From Girardia tigrina (Eukaryota), in NCBI GenBank assembly GCA_001938485.1, contig MQRK01234068.1, positions 103,821 to 163,015 of the forward strand: a stretch of DNA of 59,195 bases. The letters are read 5' to 3'. Each line of letters opens with the position of its first letter. Position 1 is the stretch's first letter. This document shows positions 51,101 to 59,195 of this stretch, in pieces. Under the pieces are notes generated by a model that saw nothing but the letters and a program-made list of their open reading frames with translations, was not told where the DNA came from and searched no databases. The translations under genes and the position numbers were made by a program.

Positions 51101-54100
51101 GATTAGTTTATCATTCTGTTTATTTGTTTTTAGCTGTGTTTTCTAATAGTAATTATAATAATTATTAACATTGTTAGTTCTATTTTCTCATTTTTAAATA
51201 AATATTTAATGATGATTCATTGTAAAACTAGAATCCGAATTTCTTAAACATAAGAAACAAAAATATGTAATTTTCCTTAATCGATATATTCGATGTACCT
51301 GAAGTAACACTTCGGGTCCCCCCTTAAACCTCTTGCCTACGAATATCTCTAACACAATATTAATTAAATATTATTAATTATTTAAATATATTTATTTATC
51401 TCTTGGTTGATAACTTTACTTGAAATTGAAGTAAAATATATAAATTGGTTTTGTAAAACTCAACTACATCACTTGTTTATTATATCTAATAATTGTTATA
51501 ATTTTTTAAACTGACTCACTATAAGAACTCGTAGTATTAGTTACATTTGCAGACGGAATGTTGGCTGAAAAAAAACATTATTTTTATATTTTTATGATAC
51601 AAATTGAATAAATTCACATGAGCTACTTATTGAGACGTATGTTGATGTTGATGCACTGACAGGGGACCCTAAATATGCAAATATTATTTTAAAAACAGTT
51701 AACATTTCATTAAAAAGGAAGTAGATTATCTTTTATTTAGAAAATAAAAAGCGTACTTGTATCGTTGCTGGCTGAGCTACTTGATGTTGAAGTATTTGTG
51801 GATACTGCTAAAATAATATGAAAAATTAGAACGTATTTCTTCTGTCTCAAAATAAACTTACATGTTAAATTGTTAGGGAAACTACTTGCTGTCGATATAT
51901 TAGTATATGATGCTAAATATTATGTTTCGAAATTAAATCATTGGTATTAAAAAGATATAATATTTACATGTGTTATTATTAACAGAGCTACTAGCAGTAA
52001 TAGGCCCTAAAAATATTAAAATATGGTAAACAATATAATAAATATATAAAAATTATTATTCAAAACATGAATACATCATTTTACAAAAAAATATTTTAAT
52101 TATTATCGCAAATAATTTCGATGGTACAACCGTCATCATCAGTTCAACAAGAAAAATATGAATTCTATTCTGCTTATTAATTTCGCAATCAATGAATAGT
52201 TATGTAATCTAAACACAATCAATAATGAATGAAATTTGAGAAAGCCGTTGACGATTTAATTTTAGTATATAAAGATATAATAAATATGGCTTTCAAGACG
52301 TACAAAATCGAGGAAAGCTAGTATGTTATTAGAGTCAGTATGAATTGTGAACTCAGTCATTAAACTCAAAAACGGTTCTATATAAAATTCCTCTTTAAAT
52401 ACGAAAGAAAACATCGTTCTTATAAACTAAAGATTTATTTCCTGTGAATAAATCAATTTTTTCTTCAGATTGCATAAAAATAGATACCAAAGTAGGTTTT
52501 AAAAGTGACCCTATGGTTACTTATTGTCGAACACAAATGATAAATCCTTTGTAGAAAATACCAATAGATGTTGCAACATCTTTGGCTTCAACTTTATATC
52601 TTGTGTTTTACTTATTACATTACCTCTCTCATTTCACAAACCACTTACCAATTCTGATGCATCATCAATTAGAACATCTGTAAACAAACTTTTTGCATCA
52701 AATGATACCATCCTCTATATGAGAAGTGGTTGCAACGTCTATATCAGAATTCATTTTTTTTAAACACCAAAATTTATTACTATAACAATTCACATTTCTA
52801 AAACAAATTTTCCTGTTAATTTAATTTAATTATCNNNNNNNNNNNNNNNNNNNNNNNNNNNNNNNNNNNNNNNNNNNNNNNNNNNNNNNNNNNNNNNNNN
52901 NNNNNNNNNNNNNNNNNNNNNNNNNNNNNNNNNNNNNNNNNNNNNNNNNNNNNNNNNNNNNNNNNNNNNNNNNNNNNNNNNNNNNNNNNNNNNNNNNNNN
53001 NNNNNNNNNNNNNNNNNNNNNNNNNNNNNNNNNNNNNNNNNNNNNNNNNNNNNNNNNNNNNNNNNNNNNNNNNNNNNNNNNNNNNNNNNNNNNNNNNATA
53101 TGTTTTTGTAATTTTTAGAATATTAGAAGTATAGTTTTACTCTTTCTGCTTAAATACACTTAATTTTGATTAATTCAGCACCTTTAATTAGGTTGCGGCT
53201 ACAACCGTCATGGCGCGAGCGGACTCTAGACACTATGTAATGGGACGATGGCGGCTATAACAGCAAAAATTTAAAAACGTAAATGACAGGTTTAATGACT
53301 GAAATAAACAATTTTTTGTGAGCAACAAAGTATTTTTNNNNNNNNNNNNNNNNNNNNNNNNNNNNNNNNNNNNNNNNNNAAATAAATGACAAATAAATTT
53401 ATTATAATTTTATAATTATTATACATTATTTTCGGTATGCCATGTTTCAAAGCATGGTGCAGGACATTGCATACTAAATTTTTTTTCGAAAACATGACAC
53501 TAGGCTTCTACTTGTACGCTGGTAAATGCACATTTGTGCTGCTACAGCCGCAGTGTCTAAAAACGACCGTTTCGTATTGGACGGCTATTGCCGTCATGTC
53601 ACATAGTGAACTTGAACTTGACGGCTATAGACGCAACTGTCCGTCAACGTGTTAAAATATTTAATAAGCAAATTAATATAAAAATATTTTACCCTTTAAA
53701 TTAAAAAATAATAAACTATTCAGGCGAGATAAAAATTTAAAATTAACCCCTCATACTCTACTTTTCAATCGTTACAGATTGACCCAAAAATAAAGTTTTT
53801 TTACATTTTAATTAGTATATTTCATTTTACATTATTTCAAAAATTTTAACAATATTTCTTAATTCCTCAAAAGTATATTGAAATCAAGTCAAAATTAACT
53901 TACCAATTGTATTATTACTTACAAAGGCACTTGCAACTGAAAATTAAATTAAATTAAAAAAATATACGTAGATAGTGAATATACAAGTAAATGATTTAAT
54001 ATCTCTTCTTTTCTAAATCATAAGTTCATAAAGACTTGTATAATAAAGGATATTTCTAAATATATTATTTTGTTAGAGTCTAAATATTAAAGAGGACATC

Positions 54101-57100
54101 TTGTGCAATATATCACATAATATGTAACCGAGCATGTGTAACTGACTTAAAATAATTTCTTCTGTACATCATAAATTTATAAAAAATATTATTTAAACTC
54201 AAAACCTTTAAGCTGCTTTCAAACATCCGGTTTTCTTAGTCCCTGAGTTTTTCCAGAGAACTGGCGCAAAGATCAAGGTGCTGATCTACTAATCGGGGGT
54301 TATTATTTTCCGTTATAAAGAGCTATTAAAGAGATAAGAAGGAAGACATAATGATCCAGGTTAATTTCATTAGGTTTGACTTGCCTTGTAGGAATATCAA
54401 CATCGAAAGTAACTTCAGAAAAAAACAAAATTTATCAAAACTTTGGATTATTCAGAAATGATATTAGACGGTCTGTTACAAACGAATCTATTTATAACTG
54501 TGTATGTTTATTTTTCTAAAATTTTTAAAAATAATTTAATAATATGATTTTTAATAATACATAATAAAAAATAATGACAAATTTTTCTAAAAAATTAATA
54601 AACTTTTTTTTCGGAAAATACTATTGTTTCTATTGATTCCGGTCTTTTACCGAGTATTTCTGTCACTCTCCTCCAGACAAAGTCGTTTGTTTTCTTTTAT
54701 TTCCACGTGATCTTCAGCATTCCCCTATGTCACTTCATTTCAAACGCTTTAAGTCTATCCATGCTCTTCTGATTTATTGTCGAACTCTCTGGCTGGCAAT
54801 TTATTTTTTGAAATTTATTGTTGATTTGACGGTGGTTATTTTATCGATTGATTTGAAATTCATTGGGGATTTAAAATAGTGATTTATTTTTTTGATCAAC
54901 TGAAACCATTACTGAAATTATGTGAGTAAATATTAGAAGAAGTTTGATCGTAAAAAGGAGGGGAGGGGAAGAAAATTAAATAATCTCGTCAGAATTCGAA
55001 CAAAATATCGTTGAAAACTCCAAAAGTCGAGAACCAGATGACGAGTTTTATACGCACAAACATAAATAAATATATCGATTTCTAAATCGCCGACCTTGAA
55101 ATAGTTCTTTACTATACCACTGGATTTTCCGTAAACAAGGATTCTGAGGAGATCACAGCAAAGAACTATCGAACAGAGCATGAAGCGCCTCGATTATTGA
55201 GTCGAGTGATATCTTCGAAATTCATCCTTCATGATTCCGGCGAGACTTCGTTAACGCACTGCAACGCTTCGGATTCAAAATTTTCCAACAAAAACCAATG
55301 GCTTCTGTTGCAGACTGTTTCCGTCTCTGAAAAATCATGTTTTATGAAAATCTCTTGTCATCTGTGGAAGCCAATGGTGGTCGATTCTTCCCATGGATGA
55401 ACTCCCAGATTCTGGCTACTGTGTCGATGTTAAAAGCCGGAGATGATACTGACCTATGTGTTTTTGCTTATATGTCCCCGGAAACCGCTGAGAGGAGATC
55501 TTTGGACTTGGAGAGCTTCGAGGGAGTTCGACAAACGAAAAAAACCGAGTTTATCGACGAGGGCTGTCTCGGAGTTGAAATGGTTCCAAATTCAGGTGAG
55601 ATGCCATTAGATCTTTTCCCGACGACTCGCAAACCACCACCTTTGTCATTGCGCAACTGCCACGTGAAGCCCGTTCTCACACCAACATAAGATTTGTTTA
55701 AAAAATAAATTTTTAATCTTTGAAACGATTTTCTTCTGTAGAACAATATTTTATTTTGAAATATATATGAACCAAACAAGAACAATATATTTCAAAATCA
55801 AAGGAATATGGACCAAGTATCTCAATCTTTACAGCAGTTCTCTTGAGAAACTCAGAGACTGCCAAAACACGCTCTAAAGAACCTCTTGGTTAATCTCAAA
55901 TTCATTGATGAAAATAAATAGGGTTTTTTAGTGGAAATGAGAAACTAAAATTATGTAAATTGAAATATGCAATTTTCAATACATTTAGAACTATGTTTAT
56001 AAATTCTTAAACATTTAATAATTCATTTTTTTCAATAATTTAAATTTGTATATTTTTACAAATATACCGTATTTACAACTGTGCACTGTGTCTTCTAAAA
56101 TTACTACTAAGACTACAATGTACAAAAGTTAAGGGTGGAAATAATTGAAAGGGTATCGGTTACCTAATGTATTATTTTAAGACGAGTATTATATACTAGA
56201 AAAGGACCTACCATATATGGCAGGTAAGCTGCATTTTCATTTTTGAAATTTTCCGTTTTATTATTTATATAATTATTCTATTCTTTATCAGTTTTATTTA
56301 CATCATTTTTTAGATAACATTATTTATTATCATTTTAATTCATTAATAGTTATTAGAATGTCTACTTACAACTATAAGTAGAATGAATAAACGATTTTGA
56401 CCGAATCCGTCAGTCAATCAAGATCATTTAGGCTATTATATATTAATTAAATTATTTTTGTTTATTTAAAATTTCGATGGAATAACCTTGAAATTACAAA
56501 AAATTCCAATATCGACAAATAAATTATTCGATTTTTTTTAAATCAATAAAAATCCTTTTAGAAAGTATCGAAACAGAAATATAATTTAAAATTCAAGAAA
56601 TATTAAACTTTGAAAGAATAATTTAATATCTTTTGACAAAATATATATTTTTTATTTTGACGAGTAAAACAAAAAAATGAATATTTCTATTTTTTTTAAA
56701 AAAACTTTCTTTTTCTTTCTTATTTTTGAGATCCGTTATTTTGAATATATAATGAAATATAATATACCAATGAAAAGTTTGATGAAATTAATTAATTTTT
56801 CTAGAATTTCAAAAATTTATATTTGGAAAAAATACATACTTTATATTATAATAAATGTAATTTAATATAAAAGTTAGTTTTAATTATAATTATAATCGAA
56901 TTTACTTAAAATGAAAATTCTCACTTGAAGAATTTGTAGAATTGGTTAAGTCAGATGTCACGACACTCGGAGAAGGGGCTGAAGGAATATTATAAAATAA
57001 AACAAATTAATTATTTTTAAATATTTTTATTTTTGTATTAGTCTTCAATTTTTTGTATTTATTCCTTTTATATTAAAAGAATCTATTCGAATATTTACAA

Positions 57101-58845
57101 ATAAAAATGCAATATAAGTAAATAATTGAACAATTTGTTTTGTGAAAACCGATTGCTTGAAGAGAATTTAAATTATTGTTATAAAAATGATATCTTTGAA
57201 GTATATATTTATCGGTAGGGTACAATTTACGTAGAGCATTAAAACTTGATTCAGATTTTAAAAAAATAAACAAAAATTTAAAAAAACGTTAATTGTTGTG
57301 AACGTTTATATATATTAAAAAATGAGGTCTTTAAATTCGACATCCTCTTCTGCACGGATTAAGGAAGAAATTATAGTTTTTGAGATTATATTCAGTAAAA
57401 TACGATACATATTCTATCTGTAGATCGCAATACTTATTTTTCTATTGATCCAGAATAAATTATAAAATTGCTTAGTTTATTTGTGCACACGCAATATTCG
57501 TTTAATGCGGTTAATATGTTCCTCAAGAACAAGTAGTAAAGGGAAACCACGTTAATCGAAATCATCTTTTTATATGTAGCGTATCTTAACTCAAATACAG
57601 CATCCATATAATAATATATTTTGACGATGTTGGAAAACAAGTATTATCTTACCGATTTTTTTTAATTTAACTCAAAATGAGATTTTTTAATGTTAGAATT
57701 TACTTTCTAAACGGGTTTGACTGTAATCCTTTTGTAAATATAAAAGCATTTTCTACAATAATTAGTTAACTTCAGGCAATATTTTCTACTGAGAAGTTCA
57801 ATTGAGAGTGCATTTTTTGTAATATTTGCCGTAAGAACATGCTATAAATATTGTTTATTTACTAAATATTTTAATGTTATAAAATTAAAATAATTAAATT
57901 TTTATTAAACTCATTTAGAATTTTCACGTCCCAATAAAAAGATTTTATAATCTTCTACAAAAATATACAACATTCAATTCTAATAAAATTTATTTTCCAT
58001 AAAAACGAAGTTATAATGGCCTCATTCATTGTGTTTGTTTTATATTAATAATTTTGTATCCTTTTATAAAACATTGAAAAGTTTCAATAAAAAATTATAA
58101 TTTTCTTTTTGTTCATACAAAGAAAAGACAGGAAGAGATATAGTGAAGCAGAAGTGCCCGTTTGGTACATAAATAAATTCGCCGCATGCATCGGCCCTAA
58201 AGCGTCACTCATCACTTGGGTGAACGTCTCCGGAAGAAGGTCCACCCTGGTTATTGCCAAACGATGTTCATTAATAAATTTTCGTACCAACAATTTGTAA
58301 ACCAACAAACCCTTGAACACTAGTTAGCAGTCAATTTCATAAATGACAATTTTCACTAAATTTTAGTTTCAAAGCCCCCTCAGTAATTTAGCACCGTACG
58401 CTTATTATCTTTTTAACATTCTTTTTTGATTTTTCAGAGGTCAACAGTTTGCTAGAAATTAATATTTAAAAAAATTTTTATATAAAAAAGACACAAAACT
58501 CCTAAAAATGCTTCAAGATAAACTTCCTGGACCTTTATGATCAGAAAAAATAAGTTTACCTAAATGGAAATTTCATTGTGAATCTCATTATATATTTTTT
58601 GTGTTTGGCGTAAAACTTCTTGTACGAACCATATAATAAATGGTGAAAGTCTATAAAAATTAGTATTCACAACTTTTACTGTTCACGAAACACCGAAGAA
58701 TTTATTTTTTTTAAATTTTAGTGAAGTTTATTTAAACTAAAATTAATTTAAATCTTTTTCGGTCATACAAAAATATTAAAATTTTTAACGAGATATAATA
58801 AAAAATACTTACAACTGGTGCTGTTCACGGACACCGTAGAATTCG
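28432..58845 (-). CDS. Multi-exon type-I transmembrane SEA-domain mucin (>=14 exons, ~342 aa visible; 5' end not found in the window)
   Basis: Exons (minus, all GT-AG, phase-consistent): 58845-58813, 56978-56925, 53936-53904, 52006-51968, 51912-51862, 51807-51757, 51668-51618, 51564-51520, 43635-43558, 40897-40811, 37403-37214, 33455-33364, 28713-28604, 28545-28432. The joined frame is open: S/T stalk, SEA domain, TM helix, RRKR tail, stop. Confidence 0.85.
28604..28713 (-). CDS. Mucin transmembrane exon (FATTTAPSPTFPVYGIVLIVIFSIVVLICLIFIIIS)
   Basis: TAG acceptor, GTAAT donor, phase 1 to 0; hydrophobic segment of more than 20 residues. Confidence 0.88.
28827..29640 (+). mobile_element. Decayed mariner, 3'-truncated
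   Basis: TIR-like taaggttgaccaaaaagt; MEFRVLIWYY, IFTSNEKW and ICIRWNLEGIVHFEFVP motifs. Confidence 0.85.
29667..30272. repeat. Non-autonomous repeat bounded by direct aggtgccggtac copies, with GC-rich ggggcggagccccagcc core
   Basis: Terminal 12-13-bp direct repeats and a GC-rich core typical of MITE-like repeats. Confidence 0.5.
30275..30679 (-). pseudogene. Chimeric pseudo-ORF: Sm/LSm-like N-terminus joined to an LTR-retroelement-like segment
   Basis: MPDKYASFIGKWVNVKCKSFVCTGTIETVH*NWILLSNAE... continues in frame into FEIEFKENWSIKWNWK; one internal stop. Confidence 0.35.
31965..33006 (+). mobile_element. Internally deleted mariner with both TIRs
   Basis: TA-flanked TIRs ttagtttgttgcaaaagaaatgcag / ctgcattgctttttcaacaacctaa; YEFKLG, WVSHKL and HPPYSPNLSITNY motifs; central part of the DDD domain deleted. 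Confidence 0.92.
33364..33455 (-). CDS. Mucin SEA exon 2 (KGSIIANLSVQSSLPSTQIENAISNIGGDI)
   Basis: TAG/GTAAG boundaries, phase 2 to 1, matching exon 37403-37214; GSII corresponds to the SEA GSVV-type motif. Confidence 0.88.
34380..35896. mobile_element. hAT-type non-autonomous element with nested copies
   Basis: TIRs tagacgtggg / cccacctcta with 8-bp TSD CATACCTA (34372-34379 and 35897-35904); a second TIR pair inside (~34479 and ~35676); Tigger fragment (KMSKERITIIICSN) at ~34850-34930. Confidence 0.85.
35042..35247. mobile_element. Small hAT (Charlie-like) MITE
   Basis: TIRs cagtggtttccaacct / aggttggaaaccactg; degenerate 8-bp TSD (cactaatg / cacaaatt). Confidence 0.85.
36025..36091 (-). 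pseudogene. Truncated 5S rRNA-derived sequence (5' half)
   Basis: Minus strand reads GTCAATGGCC...GGATCTCGTCCGATCTCCGAAGTTAAGCAAC, matching the conserved 5S 5' half and box A; the 3' half is absent. Confidence 0.75.
36765..37082. repeat. Locally repeated ~175-bp intronic unit (copies ~36765-36883, ~36909-37082, ~34117-34294)
   Basis: Shared cacattatcatttatt...gagaatgagtaaa...aaaataggtttctaaatt. Confidence 0.75.
37214..37403 (-). CDS. Mucin SEA exon 1 (DSITRTTTPGVFRNYNVRFANEEWKDTYSNPNSDDFKMKTTDIRTRLAQQLNIGSELIAIYSL)
   Basis: TAG/GTAAG boundaries, 190 nt, phase 1 to 2; W-x3-Y-x-NPNS-x2-F pattern of the SEA N-terminal half. Confidence 0.88.
38312..39832 (-). mobile_element. DD41D (rosa-type) Tc1/mariner element with TIRs and an internal rearrangement
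   Basis: TIRs cagggtgatcataaagtaactaccg at both ends; IFSDESIFHLNG and FQQDGA...PARSPDLAPLDYF motifs with 41 residues between the last two D. Confidence 0.92.
39864..40314 (+). mobile_element. Helitron-like non-autonomous element or remnant
   Basis: Inverted copies of tattataaaagcccaagtcactcactg (~39864-39905 and ~40206-40260); 3' hairpin ggccgcgaagcgggcc followed by CTAG|T at 40311-40315. Confidence 0.6.
40811..40897 (-). CDS. Mucin phase-1 exon (87 nt; KFGLKDELQSDRPSKVDSIKLTTMIESYS)
   Basis: TAG acceptor and CAG|GTATG donor, open in phase 1; less S/T-rich than the other exons, so less certain. Confidence 0.6.
41170..41978 (+). mobile_element. 5'-truncated mariner (DD34D) with an uninterrupted catalytic-domain ORF (41216-41899)
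   Basis: WLPHEL, ITDDEKW, HDNARPH and HPPYSPDLAPSDF motifs; right TIR ...gactttttgacaaacccaa followed by TA. Confidence 0.95.
42180..42480 (-). mobile_element. Tigger/pogo CENP-B HTH remnant
   Basis: EIDGMVFQFYRKLRESAKPINGTNFKNCALKIATNLKIKGFAASNAGL. Confidence 0.7.
42531..43320 (-). mobile_element. Gypsy LTR retrotransposon 3' end (integrase fragment, PPT, short LTR)
   Basis: IIHVDCGKSF...SSPYHHNTNGLVERQFRTI integrase motifs; polypurine tract GAGGGGGAA followed by a TG...CA segment (42682-42531). Confidence 0.85.
43558..43635 (-). CDS. Mucin S/T exon (78 nt; ITSSSSVTQNASAASSSTSSSTTTST)
   Basis: TAG/GTAAA boundaries, symmetric phase 1. Confidence 0.85.
44680..45790 (-). mobile_element. Decayed Penelope-like RT remnant
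   Basis: MVSFEIFSLFKNV and YKK*VDDIFLLF motifs on the minus strand; boundaries approximate. Confidence 0.7.
46790..47620 (-). mobile_element. Decayed mariner
   Basis: DIRTVIKYEFLRG...VSNWFSKFVKGNFNL and GIPRELHE motifs. Confidence 0.8.
48203..48576. mobile_element. Mutator (MULE)-type MITE
   Basis: ~45-bp imperfect TIRs (ggtaaataggcgattcgcctaat...), 9-bp TSD ATTTCAAAG (48194-48202 and 48577-48585), internal gttagggttaggg and (AAT)n. Confidence 0.8.
48966..49921. repeat. ~180-bp near-perfect inverted repeat pair (48966-49146 and 49742-49921), foldback-like
   Basis: Arms read as reverse complements with only a few mismatches. Confidence 0.85.
49925..50970 (+). mobile_element. Decayed mariner remnant(s)
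   Basis: VFLDFHGIV, FLQDNA and APTDFYLFIHLKKHLR motifs. Confidence 0.7.
51520..52006 (-). CDS. Cluster of five mucin microexons (39, 51, 51, 51 and 45 nt)
   Basis: GPITASSSVNNNT / SSYTNISTASSFPNNLT / SVSTNTSTSSSSASNDT / RSPVSASTSTYVSISSS / SNIPSANVTNTTSSY; introns of 55, 54, 88 and 53 bp, all GT-AG, all phase 1. Confidence 0.88.
52290..52790 (-). mobile_element. Penelope-like RT fragment
   Basis: RMVSFDAKSLFTDV and FVFDNK motifs on the minus strand. Confidence 0.7.
53904..53936 (-). CDS. Mucin microexon (33 nt; IASAFVSNNTI)
   Basis: CAG/GTAAG boundaries, symmetric phase 1. Confidence 0.75.
54640..54800 (-). mobile_element. RTE LINE post-RT fragment
   Basis: TINQKSMDRLKAFEMK...MLKITWK*KKTNDFVWRRV motif. 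Confidence 0.6.
56925..56978 (-). CDS. Mucin microexon (54 nt; SPSPSVVTSDLTNSTNSS)
   Basis: CAG/GTGAG boundaries, symmetric phase 1. Confidence 0.82.
58671..58704 (-). pseudogene. Dead duplicate of microexon 58813-58845
   Basis: Aligns with the upstream exon, but has a 1-nt insertion and has lost the AG acceptor; the GT donor is retained. Confidence 0.7.
58813..58845 (-). CDS. Mucin microexon (33 nt; xNSTVSVNSTS)
   Basis: CAG/GTAAG boundaries, symmetric phase 1, two NST sequons. Confidence 0.82.
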
Positions 58846-59195
58846 CTGCAATTACAAATAATAATCATATAAGATTAAATATTTCTTAAAAGGCATGTTA
58901 GAAATAAGTTCTTATTTTAAAAGGTCTCGAAAAATATTTAAAATTCATTGAACTTTGTTTATAAGAAAATGTTAAGGTTTCTATTTATTGATTTGATCTC
59001 CTTGCATTATCTTCTATCAAAATTTATCTTAGTTTCTTCAAAAAAGCACATTTTATTTTTGCCAGCCCCATATTTTAAGTAGACAAATAAACCAAGTCAC
59101 AAAGGTTATAATCCGTCGGGAAGCTGACCATTCATTGTCACCACCATTTTAGAGAAACTGCTCTGGATTCATTAAATATATATATATATATATAT

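Noticed and set aside
51420-51458. 39-nt possible sixth exon of the microexon cluster
   Set aside because: Needs a GAG acceptor with no pyrimidine tract, and the peptide is atypical.

Overview
AT-rich eukaryotic (invertebrate-like) genomic DNA with GT-AG introns as short as 53-58 bp and four N-gaps. The short introns, high AT content and heavy mariner load are compatible with a flatworm such as a planarian, but that is inference only. Two host genes are supported. The first is an achaete-scute group-b (ASCL3/4/5-like) bHLH gene on the minus strand at ~10.9-11.5 kb. The second is largely invisible in the ORF track: a >30 kb minus-strand gene (28432 to at least 58845, 5' end not found in the window) encoding a type-I membrane mucin. 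I reconstructed it by hand from splice signals: ten symmetric phase-1 exons of 33-87 nt (nine are S/T-rich, most carry N-glycosylation sequons), then a SEA domain split over two exons (GSII motif), a TM exon and a cytoplasmic-tail exon. Most of the remainder is transposon debris: many DD34D mariners, a near-intact IS630/Tc1-like DD34E element, a DD41D element, pogo/Tigger pieces, hAT, MULE, piggyBac-like and Helitron-like non-autonomous elements, RTE-like LINEs with C2H2 fingers, Penelope and Gypsy fragments, and a 5S-derived fragment. One unexplained ~1.6 kb unit at 15.4-17.1 kb combines a GC-rich hairpin, nested G:U-containing stems, twin pre-miRNA-like hairpins with an identical 22-nt 3' arm, and a coiled-coil orphan ORF enclosed by a 19-bp stem. 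All coordinates and translations were derived by eye; no database searches were run.
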